Origin: a virus | Taxonomy: Duplodnaviria > Caudoviricetes | IMG/VR virus record: IMGVR_UViG_3300025325_000023 | Location: 1 to 60,418 of that record | DNA: 60,418 nt | Direction: 5' to 3' (one strand) | Part shown: positions 8,007 to 17,467 of the stretch, piece after piece | Numbering within the stretch: the stretch's first letter is position 1 | Layout of the letters: each line of letters starts with the position of its first letter | The notes under the pieces: generated by a model | What the model saw: the letters and a program-made list of their open reading frames with translations, nothing else | Databases searched by the model: none | What the model was told of the DNA's origin: nothing | Translations under genes and position numbers: made by a program

Positions 8007-8436
8007 GCCTGTCAACAAACGTGCAAACTGTCATCATCCGCTTTATGCTTCGTGGAGGTCTCATAGAGCTAGAGGTAACCTATTGACAACGACTTTCCGG
8101 GAGTTTTTAGACAGGGTGGCCCTCGCTGGCTGGCGCCCTGATGTTGGGTATCGGGTGTTTGTTGACCCCTTGACCGAAGAGATTACTGTCTATAAAGCCA
8201 TCCACGACTTTGCGGAGTATCGGTTGTGGATTCGTATGATGTCCGAGGGGTCGGTGGGTGGAAAGTCTACAGTGTGCGTTGCTTGGCACGATTTCTTTGA
8301 GTTTCGGGAATGGGTACTATCTTTTTATTTGGATGGAAAAATAGATTTTACCAACAAGTCGGTAAAGGTAGCCCGTCAAGACTCGTTGCGTTTTTTTAAC
8401 CCAGCTAACAGTTTCCTAACTTATGGTGTCCAATGA
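7981..8436 (+). CDS. Hypothetical protein, resembling a degenerate HNH-associated domain
   Basis: HPLYASW...Y.LW..M...VC.AW.DF.EF.EW pattern; no intact catalytic motif seen. Confidence 0.55.
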   Translation: MKITRKPGRPVNKRANCHHPLYASWRSHRARGNLLTTTFREFLDRVALAGWRPDVGYRVFVDPLTEEITVYKAIHDFAEYRLWIRMMSEGSVGGKSTVCVAWHDFFEFREWVLSFYLDGKIDFTNKSVKVARQDSLRFFNPANSFLTYGVQ

Positions 8437-9179
8437 CTTATTTTGAGTGCCCGGAATTTTTTTCTCCAGAGGGGGTGGCATCTATCTTTGGCCCACTTCC
8501 TGGGGAGTTGCGGTGGCCAAAAACTCATAGTACCTTGGTTCGCAATCCCACGCTCAGTAAATATGCGCACCAACCTTTGTTAACTATGGGCCAAGAGTAT
8601 CACCTGTTTAGGAAATACAATTACTGTAAGTTTGCGGACAGGGACGAGGAAGTTATAGGGTTGCGAAATGAGCTTGTGAGGTATAATTATCGTCTGGTTA
8701 TCTCTTTATGGTCCAATTATAACCGGCGGGCGGAATTGTTTGATGATTACATACAGCGCGGGGTATTGACGTTGATACGTTGTGTGGATGGATTTGATTA
8801 CCGGAGAGGTTATAAGTTTGTGACCTATGCATACAAATCGCTGCGGTGTACCTTGACCGACCAAGATCGGGAAAATTGTAAGTATTATAGAAGATTTGAG
8901 GGATTATCGCAACTTACAGCTGGGTGGGTTGAGGATTATCGCGAAAATTGTCATAATACTAATAGGGACCCTGTGGTGATTTCCGCCATTTGTCGGGCTA
9001 TTAAGGCTTTGCCGGAGAGAATGCAGGAAACACTAAGGTTTAGGTTTTGGGAGGGGTTGACGTATTCCGAAATTGGTAGGCGGCGGGGGGTGACCAAGCA
9101 AGCGGCAGCATTGGCTGTAAAGTTCGCCATAAATCGAGTTGGCCGCAGCCCAGAAATGAAGAGAATAAGGGAGTGCTAA
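8433..9179 (+). CDS. Sigma-70 family RNA polymerase sigma factor 1
   Basis: PLLT..QE..LF (region 1.2), NYRLVIS / DYIQRG..LIRCVDGFDYRRGYKFVTYA (region 2), LPER...LTYSEIG..GVTK (region 4). Confidence 0.9.
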   Translation: MTYFECPEFFSPEGVASIFGPLPGELRWPKTHSTLVRNPTLSKYAHQPLLTMGQEYHLFRKYNYCKFADRDEEVIGLRNELVRYNYRLVISLWSNYNRRAELFDDYIQRGVLTLIRCVDGFDYRRGYKFVTYAYKSLRCTLTDQDRENCKYYRRFEGLSQLTAGWVEDYRENCHNTNRDPVVISAICRAIKALPERMQETLRFRFWEGLTYSEIGRRRGVTKQAAALAVKFAINRVGRSPEMKRIREC

Positions 9180-9838
9180 TGACGGGTATGGACCCCCAGA
9201 TGTTTGAGCAATGGCGGCATTTGGTTGAGCATATTGTTGGGCATAATTTTGAGTGGGCATACCGGGCTGGGGCCGCGTCAGTTGACGGACGGCGAGTGTC
9301 TAGGTTGTTGGAGCGAGAGGATTTGCTGCAAGAAGGGCGTTTGGCGCTGCTGGAAGCGTGGCGAGACTATAAGACAGATCATATTAAACAGGCTAAGTTC
9401 ATAACGTATGCGTATACCTGTATTTATTGGACGGTGTTCAAATTTGTGTGTAATAATTTGTCTCCAGTTTCTATGCGAGGATGGCAAAAAGATTTTCATA
9501 GCTCTAATGCGGCCCATAGAGGCAGGTTCGTGGCGGCCTTGGCGTGCCATCTTTTTAGTGAAACTGACGGGGAGGACGCTGTGGTTCTCCAAGGAGAGTC
9601 CATTGTAGACTATCGAGAGAACGAGTTGTCAGATTTTGAAGATCACTGTTTGGAAAAATTGCGGGCCAATCTTCTAGAATGGGAAGTGGAGGCCCTGCTG
9701 TTGCGGTTTAACGGAAACACCTACTCTCATATTGGGCAATACCTTGAATGCTCAAGAGAGACTGCCAGGAAGATAGTGGGAAACATGCTTATTGAGGCGA
9801 AAATGGTATTAAAAGAGGAGAGCCATGACAAGTTCTAG
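9173..9838 (+). CDS. Sigma-70 family RNA polymerase sigma factor 2
   Basis: EDLLQEGRLALLEA..DY...AKFITYAY (region 2), G.TYSHIG..LECSRETAR (region 4). Confidence 0.85.
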   Translation: MLMTGMDPQMFEQWRHLVEHIVGHNFEWAYRAGAASVDGRRVSRLLEREDLLQEGRLALLEAWRDYKTDHIKQAKFITYAYTCIYWTVFKFVCNNLSPVSMRGWQKDFHSSNAAHRGRFVAALACHLFSETDGEDAVVLQGESIVDYRENELSDFEDHCLEKLRANLLEWEVEALLLRFNGNTYSHIGQYLECSRETARKIVGNMLIEAKMVLKEESHDKF

Positions 9839-10043
9839 GCACGGCATCGCTAAACAGCGCAAAACGTTAGAGGTCTCTGTCCAAAGTTGGAACGCTTGGA
9901 AAGTAGCCGCTCAAGTATCAAACATCAGTATCTTAATGTTTATTACAACGGTATGTGACCACGCGGCCAAGCAGGTGATTGCAGCTTGGGAAGAGGAGAA
10001 TAACATTGTTGAACGTAACGGCGAGCGACTCATCGACATCTGA
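9825..10043 (+). CDS. Small ribbon-helix-helix-like protein (DUF1778-like pattern)
   Basis: Beta-strand followed by WKVAAQVSNISILMFI...AAKQVI; GAGGAG RBS. Confidence 0.45.
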   Translation: MTSSRHGIAKQRKTLEVSVQSWNAWKVAAQVSNISILMFITTVCDHAAKQVIAAWEEENNIVERNGERLIDI

Positions 10044-10419
10044 TTATGCGTTGTCGAGGTCTGAGGTACAGTTAGACGTAAGTCATGTATATGAAATTAC
10101 GTTATTGCGCTTAATGTGGGAGGTGGTGTTGGTATTGATGCGAGCTACCAAGGCTGAGGAGGCAGCTTTGTTAAGTTTGTTTTTAACGTCCGCACACGAG
10201 GAAATGTTACGCTTTGGTATGGTGTTGGTCAATAGTGGCCGGTTTCCTAGTGCGAAGTCTGATAGTATTTTGGAAGCTGTCAGTGACATGTCTATTGGGG
10301 TCTCTCGGGTGTATAAGACACAACTAAAAACACCACTATTGACCCCTATGATTAAAACTTTTTTAGCGGAATTGGTCGAGAAGGGAAGTCGAGGGTCGGA
10401 TGCGCCACCCCCGTCATAA
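9979..10419 (+). CDS. Hypothetical protein
   Basis: Open frame filling the operon. Confidence 0.5.
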   Translation: MQLGKRRITLLNVTASDSSTSDYALSRSEVQLDVSHVYEITLLRLMWEVVLVLMRATKAEEAALLSLFLTSAHEEMLRFGMVLVNSGRFPSAKSDSILEAVSDMSIGVSRVYKTQLKTPLLTPMIKTFLAELVEKGSRGSDAPPPS

Positions 10420-10684
10420 TATTGTATTCCGGGCCGGAAACTGCTTAATTGAGTGTTCGGTCGTTGCCAGCGTTGTCGCTTCGGCAGAAGAGGAGAAGGG
10501 TCCCTGGACGGTAACGGTGGGATTTTGTGGAAGTGACAGGACCATACAACTACGGGTGGGCGATAGGGAGGAGGCGGTGTGTATTTTGGCCAGCCTTGAG
10601 AGAGGCATGGTGGCATCCCAGACTGGTGATTGGCGCCTTCTTGAGGGTTACGGGGAGGACGAGGCAGGATCCCCGGCTGAGTGA
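10400..10684 (+). CDS. Hypothetical protein
   Basis: Last + ORF, converging on the recombinase. Confidence 0.5.
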   Translation: MRHPRHNIVFRAGNCLIECSVVASVVASAEEEKGPWTVTVGFCGSDRTIQLRVGDREEAVCILASLERGMVASQTGDWRLLEGYGEDEAGSPAE

Positions 10685-10691
10685 GAAGAGG

Positions 10692-11264
10692 TTACCAGCG
10701 GACCGTTTGAATCGTCTTTACTAATGCTGGGTCGCCAATATGGTCAATGTATTTGCTCGTCACCGCGATGTTCGTGTGGCCAAGTTGGCGTTGTATGATC
10801 CGTAGGTCTACTCCGCTGTTTGCCAGGTGGAAGGCTGAGCTATGACGAAATTTGTGTGGGTGGACCCGCTTAGAAATGCCAGCCTTACGTGCGGCTGCTT
10901 TGACAGTACGGCGGACGGAAGAAGTGTCCATGCGCCCCCCTGTCCATGTGCAAAACAGCGTGTCTCCTTTTGGCCGCACCTTGTTCCACTCGATGATCTC
11001 CGCGAACACTTTTGGGTCAGCCCCTACTACCCTCCTCTTTCCACCCTTCCCGAGCACTATGGTTATAGTACCCGCAGCTTCGTTTATATCCCCAGGCCTT
11101 AGTGCCGTAAGTTCAGCACACCTTATGGCTGTCCTGTACATGACAAGTATCATGGTTCGGTTTCGAAGGCCCGTGTTATTTGGCGGGAATGTTCGCAAGA
11201 TACGATCCACTTCGTTTGTTGTAAGAACTTCAACATCGAATTTCTTGCCTTTGTTGTTACTCAC
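10692..11264 (-). CDS. Tyrosine recombinase, catalytic domain only (190 aa; Xer/FimB/resolvase-like)
   Basis: R (TAIRCAEL), K (GKGGK), HxxR (HKFRH), LGH, catalytic Y (TSKY). Confidence 0.92.
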   Translation of the reverse strand: MSNNKGKKFDVEVLTTNEVDRILRTFPPNNTGLRNRTMILVMYRTAIRCAELTALRPGDINEAAGTITIVLGKGGKRRVVGADPKVFAEIIEWNKVRPKGDTLFCTWTGGRMDTSSVRRTVKAAARKAGISKRVHPHKFRHSSAFHLANSGVDLRIIQRQLGHTNIAVTSKYIDHIGDPALVKTIQTVRW

Positions 11265-11538
11265 ATTGAGTCTCCGAAGTTAAGTGTACCACACTTTTTG
11301 GAGAAGTCCAGTAGGGTTATGATTTTTTATGTAAGGAGCGGAGTGATGTTGATTTTGTATTGTGGCGATGATTAAATTTTGGTGTGCAGCAAGAAATCTG
11401 AGGATAGGTTGTTGAAGGTCTGGTTTAAGAAGGGAGAGCGAGATTTAGAGGATTATGAGCGATCGGAGCACAAAGGTGATATTGTAGAAATTGAAACCCG
11501 GTTTGCAGTCGATGGTTGTGTTGCAACTTAGGGTATTC

Positions 11539-11609
11539 GCCCTGTTCGACTTCTGGGAGGTCATCAGCCCCGCAAGCTGATTAGGAGAGTTCGACTCTCT
11601 CACTGGGTG
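11539..11609 (+). tRNA. Atypical tRNA-like element, anticodon CGC (nominally Ala), possibly pseudo-tRNA
   Basis: Cloverleaf: acceptor GCCCTGT/ACTGGGT (1 mismatch), D-arm GACT-TCTGGGA-GGTC, anticodon arm TCAGC-CCCGCAA-GCTGA, 4-nt variable loop, T-arm GAGAG-TTCGACT-CTCTC; C33, no encoded CCA. Confidence 0.65.
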
Positions 11610-11622
11610 TTGAGGTGGTAAT

Positions 11623-12570
11623 ATGTCAAGAGATGGTAAGCGTAGGTTTCTACTTAAGTGGGTTCGCAGCCGGTGCGAGAAGTCCAGTAATTGGGGTCGA
11701 TTCAAGATGAAATGGAAGGAATTAAACCTGGCCATGACGACCCATTATCCTAATGATGAGACCCGTAGGTGGAAAGCGTTTGCCGCCGCCACAGAATCTT
11801 TCCCCGAGACCGAACTTGCCGTCGGCCTGGCTTCTTGGAATGACCGCATCAACAATTATAAGGAGCAAGCACATGGCGACAAATTGGGGTTTGCGGCTGC
11901 TAAAATCGTGGAAAACCTTACGAACATTGATTTGTTACGCGCAACAAAAGAGGCCGAGGAGAATTCTGAAAGCATTGCACGGGAAGACAGGGAGGAGCGT
12001 CGACGACAACGAGAGCTGGATGTAGCGGAGAGACAGGCTGAGGCACGAACGAAAGAAGCGGAGGCTAAAATAGAGATAGCGAAGACGAAGACGGAAAGGA
12101 AAACGGAGATGAAGGAAGAGAAAGATCAAGACGTAGCAATAATCCCAGTTACGGTGTCCGACGATGGGCGCGTCAATATAGTTAGAGACATTGCATGGGT
12201 CTATAATCGTCTAAATGAGTTGGTAGTAACTTCGAATTTAGGTCTACGTGTCCTAAACTTAGCGGTGGTTTCCCAGGCTCCCAGTAACGGAGCGGTCACC
12301 CTGGCCAGTTACGCGCTCGCGGATGTGAAAGGGTTTTTTGAAAAATTCGTTGTAAAATTACTGCCTAGGGATGTTTCTGAATCAGAAGAGCTAGGGGGGA
12401 AGAAAGCTATGGAGGAGTCTTTGGACCCAAGCTTAAACGAACTAACTAAGTTTTTAGAACCGAAAGAAGTACCAAATCATGACGAAGGGGATGAAGGGGA
12501 TGAAGATAGAGCTGAAGACGAAGGTATGCACGAAATGCAAAAAGAGGAAGAAGAGGGGGGAATATTGTAA
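11623..12570 (+). CDS. Candidate terminase small subunit
   Basis: Position upstream of TerL; coiled-coil centre, IAWVY...APS.GA..L...A...FF segment, acidic tail. Confidence 0.4.
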   Translation: MSRDGKRRFLLKWVRSRCEKSSNWGRFKMKWKELNLAMTTHYPNDETRRWKAFAAATESFPETELAVGLASWNDRINNYKEQAHGDKLGFAAAKIVENLTNIDLLRATKEAEENSESIAREDREERRRQRELDVAERQAEARTKEAEAKIEIAKTKTERKTEMKEEKDQDVAIIPVTVSDDGRVNIVRDIAWVYNRLNELVVTSNLGLRVLNLAVVSQAPSNGAVTLASYALADVKGFFEKFVVKLLPRDVSESEELGGKKAMEESLDPSLNELTKFLEPKEVPNHDEGDEGDEDRAEDEGMHEMQKEEEEGGIL

Positions 12571-13072
12571 AAATAAGACGTCTAGGGATGCCTTAGATTG
12601 GTGGTGCAAGGGGTGTCAAGCGGAGTATAGGAGGGCGTATTATGATCTAAATGGAGAGCAAGTGAGGTTAAGAAGCAGGGAGTTTTATAAAATCAACCGA
12701 GAGGAAAAGCAGGCCTACCAGCGGCGGTACAGAGAAGAAAACCTGGAAAAAGTGCGGGCCAGCCAACGGCGGTATAGAGAAGATAATCCTGAAAAAGTGC
12801 GGGCAACTTACTTAAAGTGTGTATATGGGTTGGATCTACTGCAATATAATAAATTGCTAGAGAAGCAAAATGGGGGGTGTGCTGTCTGTGGAGGGTCTGA
12901 AAAAATAGAAGTTGACCATTGTCATCAAACAGGAGTCGTCAGAGGGCTCCTTTGTACTAACTGCAATAAATCTCTGGGTGGATTCAAAGATTCCATACAA
13001 TCTCTACGTGCAGCTATACGATATTTACAAAACCCTCCCGCTCAGAAAGTGTTGAACAATGGACACGGGTAA
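12479..13072 (+). CDS. Endonuclease VII-family (HNH) homing-type endonuclease
   Basis: N-terminal CTKC/CKGC, then YGL...Y..LL..Q.G.CAVC..VDHCH.TG.VRGLLC..CN..LG.FKD. Confidence 0.9.
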   Translation: MTKGMKGMKIELKTKVCTKCKKRKKRGEYCKNKTSRDALDWWCKGCQAEYRRAYYDLNGEQVRLRSREFYKINREEKQAYQRRYREENLEKVRASQRRYREDNPEKVRATYLKCVYGLDLLQYNKLLEKQNGGCAVCGGSEKIEVDHCHQTGVVRGLLCTNCNKSLGGFKDSIQSLRAAIRYLQNPPAQKVLNNGHG

Positions 13073-15038
13073 TAAGTTAATAATACCCCATCAAAAGGTG
13101 GCCAATTTGCTAATGAGGCGCGACCTGCGATCTTGGTGTCTTAAAAGCGAATCTAATAGGCGTTGGATGTTAGAACAGTGTCAGGATTTCAAAACTTGGG
13201 TATCTTTGTTCGGTTGGTGTCTCGAACCGCGTGTAAAGGGCGAAGAGTCAGTCGTGCTTCCGTTCATTCCATGGAGATCTCAGCTTGGGTTCATCGAGGC
13301 GCTCGAACTCCATGCCGGTCACTCCGATGTTATAGTGGAAAAGACTCGTGGGGCAGGGGCGAGTTGGATTGCGGTTCTCTTTACGGTACATCAATGGCTT
13401 CTGAATCCAAGCCCTCAATTTATTGGATTTGTTAGTCGAACGGAATTGGCTGCCGACAGCCCGCAAGACCCCGACAGTCTCGGCTACAAAATCGATTGGA
13501 CGTTGAAACAGTTACCAACATGGATGTTAGCTCCTGAGGGTAAAGGATACCTTAGAAACGTGGCCCGTCATACGTGGGTGAATTTGACTCCAAAGATTGG
13601 ACTGGCAGGCAAAGATACGTTTTCGACAATTGCTAGTTACTCTTTAACCGGCGACCTGGCGGCTGGGGGCCGGAAAAGGTTTTTCGTATGTGACGAGCTG
13701 GCGCGATGGGCTCCCGCTCATGCCGAGGATGCGTTAGAAGCCACAGAGCCCGTAACCGAATCTAGGATTATGATTTCAACCCACACTGGTCCAAATACTA
13801 CATTTGCTCGTGCCGTGGAGGAGGACTCCTCGGCGGTTAAAATTCGTATGCCCTGGACAGAGATGCCGATGCGCAGCGACAATATGTTTAGGATTGACTC
13901 TAAACGACATGTGTTGTTACACCCCACGTCTTCTGATACTATTTTGGGGGGCGAATATACTAAAAAATTCTTTGACAAAGACTATCCTATTCTGTTACGA
14001 AGGGGTTATGATGTTACTTCTAACATTAAGCTGTTTAGCCCCTGGTATGTAGATAGGTGTTTGCGTCCTCGGATGGGGCCACGTCGGGTAGCGCAGGAGT
14101 ATGATATCGACGTAGGTGGTTCTGGGTCTCAATTCTTCCAGTCGGCTCTCATCGAGTCTTTAGCTAAGCGTACCCTCGCCCCTCGGGGTGTGTATGATCT
14201 CGACATTCACCCCGATAAATTTATTGTCACGCGGGCTTTCAAGTCCCTTAGTGGTCCCCTTCGTATGTGGGTTTCGTTTAATCCGTCCTCAGGCCCCCCT
14301 AAGGCAGACTATGTAATAGGAGCCGATGTGGCAGCGGGCACTGGTGGCTCGTTATCCTCAAACAGTGTGTTAAGCATCGTGGATCGTATGACTGGCAGCA
14401 AGGTGGCTGAGTATGTCTCGAACAGGATTTCTCCGGAGTCGTTTGGTGAGTTATCCGTCGCCCTGTGTCGTTGGTTCCGAAGTGTCTCGGGTTCACCCGC
14501 CCACCTATGCTGGGAAAGTAACGGCTATGGCAGCAGTTATGGAAATAGAGTTGTCGACCTAGGTTTCGGGAATTTTTACTACAGGCAAACATCCACTAAG
14601 AACAAAAAGCGAACGAAAGCTCCAGGCTTCGCCACGACAACCAAGAGTAAGCCAATGCTGCTGTCTCGATATAGATGGGCACTCACGGAAAGTTTTTTCG
14701 AAAATCCTAGCTTAGCTGCCGTACATGAGCTTGCTTGTTACGCATACGGCCCATCCGATCGAATCGTCTTTTCCTCGTCTTCTACGGACGACAGTGACCT
14801 CTCCGCTTCTGGACAGGCACATGCGGACAGAGTAATAGCTGACGCTTTGGCCAATTTGGCCATGGAAGAATTAAGCGGAGGGGCCGGGCGTAATATGAGA
14901 AAGAGGGGTGGGGAGGTCAAAACTCCCAAGAAGGCTATTCCGGGTAGTTTTCTTTGGAGGCAGCAGAGACACAAGGATAGGGTTAGGGAGGAGAGGGAGC
15001 AAGTTACCACTTGGAGTAGCATTGCCGATAATAGGTAA
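13059..15038 (+). CDS. Terminase large subunit
   Basis: PFIPW..Q, Walker A VEKTRGAGASW, Walker B FVCDE, IMIST, RNase H-like YVIGADVAAG, WESNG, HADRVIADAL. Confidence 0.92.
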   Translation: MDTGNKLIIPHQKVANLLMRRDLRSWCLKSESNRRWMLEQCQDFKTWVSLFGWCLEPRVKGEESVVLPFIPWRSQLGFIEALELHAGHSDVIVEKTRGAGASWIAVLFTVHQWLLNPSPQFIGFVSRTELAADSPQDPDSLGYKIDWTLKQLPTWMLAPEGKGYLRNVARHTWVNLTPKIGLAGKDTFSTIASYSLTGDLAAGGRKRFFVCDELARWAPAHAEDALEATEPVTESRIMISTHTGPNTTFARAVEEDSSAVKIRMPWTEMPMRSDNMFRIDSKRHVLLHPTSSDTILGGEYTKKFFDKDYPILLRRGYDVTSNIKLFSPWYVDRCLRPRMGPRRVAQEYDIDVGGSGSQFFQSALIESLAKRTLAPRGVYDLDIHPDKFIVTRAFKSLSGPLRMWVSFNPSSGPPKADYVIGADVAAGTGGSLSSNSVLSIVDRMTGSKVAEYVSNRISPESFGELSVALCRWFRSVSGSPAHLCWESNGYGSSYGNRVVDLGFGNFYYRQTSTKNKKRTKAPGFATTTKSKPMLLSRYRWALTESFFENPSLAAVHELACYAYGPSDRIVFSSSSTDDSDLSASGQAHADRVIADALANLAMEELSGGAGRNMRKRGGEVKTPKKAIPGSFLWRQQRHKDRVREEREQVTTWSSIADNR

Positions 15039-15092
15039 TTATTGCATAATTCTATTAGGGGTAACTCCGTTCCTTTAACCTGAGGTATCAAC

Positions 15093-15260
15093 ATGTTGGA
15101 AGCCGACAAATCCCAATCTATGGTCGATTCAGAGGTCGCTTCTGTGAAAAGTTCTACGACCCTGAGCCCGGATAATCAGAAGGATGACTATAGTGGTCAT
15201 GACTCTGCGCCATACAACTCGCCGGCGAAACGCGGGGACTATGGGCACGATGAAGCCTAG
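15093..15260 (+). CDS. 55-aa acidic disordered protein (below the ORF-track cutoff)
   Basis: GAGGT RBS; MLEADKSQSMVDSEV...DYGHDEA. Confidence 0.5.
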   Translation: MLEADKSQSMVDSEVASVKSSTTLSPDNQKDDYSGHDSAPYNSPAKRGDYGHDEA

Positions 15261-15342
15261 TTCTAAGCCTTCTCGCCCGAATTCTTGGTGATCCTCTACC
15301 TCTTTCCCACCACGATTCGGGCTTTTCTGTAGTGGGGGTGTT

Positions 15343-15582
15343 ATGGCAAGCGAAAACTATCAAGACATGGGTGACCAGACAGGTGGCGAGACGGAAGTCT
15401 TTGAGGCCGAGGATGCGGTTAACCGTACATTATCTGGTCTCAGAGGCGATGGCTGTACTGTCCAACCATCCCAGTGGGAACCTGACGACGACACCTCTAA
15501 CGATGGTGTCAGTGGCTCAGAGGGCATGGGCGACGATGAGGATGATGGCCGCGCGTCTCATATGGGCTCTCGCTGGGAGTAA
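15343..15582 (+). CDS. 79-aa highly acidic protein
   Basis: D/E/G-rich ORF between TerL and the portal. Confidence 0.55.
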   Translation: MASENYQDMGDQTGGETEVFEAEDAVNRTLSGLRGDGCTVQPSQWEPDDDTSNDGVSGSEGMGDDEDDGRASHMGSRWE

Positions 15583-15601
15583 TTGGCATGGGGGGTGCTA
15601 G

Positions 15602-17467
15602 GTGTCAAGACATCCGGACGAAGTTTTTGGGGCGCCCCATGAACAGCTTGACGAGCAAGCCAGGCCGCCGAAGCGCAAAATCGGCGCGCTAAGCAAGGTT
15701 GTCAACGTACAGCGCTTGCGCGATGCCATGGATGAGTCGAAACGTGCTATTAAGCCTTTTATCGACAAGCACGTCTCCGCCGTTAAGCTGACGGCAGGTA
15801 ATAGGTACGGGGCATCTGAGCATCAAAAAAGTCCGATTAATATGATGCGCCTCGCTGTCTCAATATGGTTGAGGCAGCTTATCTCTCAGACTCCACGGTC
15901 CCTTGTTATTCCTCGTACCCCTGATCTCAAGGTTGCTGCCTATGAATTGCAGTTAGCCTTGGATTATCTCCTTCGTGAAATCCGGTTCGGTCCCTCTATC
16001 TCTGCCTGCGTCCGTTCTGCGATCTTTTCCATGGGTATTATGAAGGTTGGTATTACCTCGAAATATCTACACGAAGCTTCGGGATTTCTAGCTGACGCGG
16101 GGCAGCCTTTTGCGGAGCCCGTGCTTATGGAGGACTGGTTGCATGACATGTCGGCTCGACGGCGGGAGGAGTGGGATTGGTGCGGGAACAAATACAAGTT
16201 GCCATACGAAGCGGTAATGGAGAATCCAGATTTTTCTGCCAAAGTCAAAAATAAATTGGTGGTCGATGGGAAATCTCAAGAGTACAGCATAGGTGAGTCC
16301 GACGCCCGCACGTCGGATATGTCCATGGGCTCGTCTCTGAACGATACAGAGTATAGGGATCATGTGGAGTTATGGGATATTTGGATTCCTGGGGACCATA
16401 GATTTGTGACGCTCCCAGTTCAATCGGGCCTCGGGGTGTTGCAAGAGCGAGATTGGGCTGGGCCGGAAAATGGCCCGTTTCACTTACTTGGGTTTTTTCA
16501 ACTTCCGGGCAATGTCATGCCTATTGGGCCCGCCCAGTCCATATTTGATTTGCAGGAGTTGATTACAGTCTTGTTTGCCAAGCTCGGGGAGCAGGGCACT
16601 GCCCAAAAGACCATAGTCATGGTGGACGGACAGGCAGAGAGTGATGGGTCGGCCGATGCCATTTTGAAGTCCCGAAGCTTTGATATGGTTCGGGTTGGGC
16701 ATAGCGACGGCATAAAAGAGGTCCGCATGGGAGGCGTGGATGCCGATACCCTGTCCTTAGTCCAATGGCTAAAAGAGATGGCCAGTTACGTGGGCGGAAA
16801 TGTAGACACTGTGGGCGGTCTAACCACGCAATCGGAAACCGTGGGACAGGAGCGCCTCTTGGCCGCCACCAGTTCTGAATTTATTAGAGACATGCAAACC
16901 CAGGTGACGGATTTTACCACGGATATTCTCAGCGATCTAGGAGAATACTTGTACGGTGACCCAGCTTCTGAATTGAAACTTACCAAACAGATCAATGGCT
17001 ACGGAGACATACCCTTCGTGTGGGGCCCCGAAAATCGGCAAGATGGGGTGTTCAACTTTAATTTTAGTGTCCAACCCTACTCGCTAAAGAGCAAAGGACC
17101 GCAGGAGCGCATGTCTACTTTGACGGACTTGATGATGAAAATCCTTATGCCCCTTGCGCCACAGATGGCTGAGTGGGGTGTGTCCCTTCGGTTAGACAAA
17201 TTTCTTGAGTATTTCTCCCGGTATGCAGACTTGCCCGAGTTGGAGGATATTATTCAGATGGCTGAAGCGACCCCCACCCAGCAGGCCGGCAGCGGTGGGG
17301 TAATCGAAAAGCGCCGACCACTCCAAGCTCCAGTAACCTCCAGAGAAAACGTACGAACAAATAGAACGGAAGAGTCTGCCGGGCAAAAAGCTAACGATTT
17401 AGTTACAACGCTGGCGGCTGGCGGTAAGAACCGACCAATACCAAAACCTACTGGGACACAACCATGA
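15602..17467 (+). CDS. Portal protein (P22/podovirus-like)
   Basis: 621 aa after TerL; PINMM, GIMKVG, VELWDIW, GPF, ETVGQERLL motifs; mainly helical. Confidence 0.8.
   Translation: MSRHPDEVFGAPHEQLDEQARPPKRKIGALSKVVNVQRLRDAMDESKRAIKPFIDKHVSAVKLTAGNRYGASEHQKSPINMMRLAVSIWLRQLISQTPRSLVIPRTPDLKVAAYELQLALDYLLREIRFGPSISACVRSAIFSMGIMKVGITSKYLHEASGFLADAGQPFAEPVLMEDWLHDMSARRREEWDWCGNKYKLPYEAVMENPDFSAKVKNKLVVDGKSQEYSIGESDARTSDMSMGSSLNDTEYRDHVELWDIWIPGDHRFVTLPVQSGLGVLQERDWAGPENGPFHLLGFFQLPGNVMPIGPAQSIFDLQELITVLFAKLGEQGTAQKTIVMVDGQAESDGSADAILKSRSFDMVRVGHSDGIKEVRMGGVDADTLSLVQWLKEMASYVGGNVDTVGGLTTQSETVGQERLLAATSSEFIRDMQTQVTDFTTDILSDLGEYLYGDPASELKLTKQINGYGDIPFVWGPENRQDGVFNFNFSVQPYSLKSKGPQERMSTLTDLMMKILMPLAPQMAEWGVSLRLDKFLEYFSRYADLPELEDIIQMAEATPTQQAGSGGVIEKRRPLQAPVTSRENVRTNRTEESAGQKANDLVTTLAAGGKNRPIPKPTGTQP

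Noticed and set aside
15040-15340. Packaging RNA between TerL and the portal
   Set aside because: Mostly explained by a 55-aa ORF with an RBS plus one hairpin.
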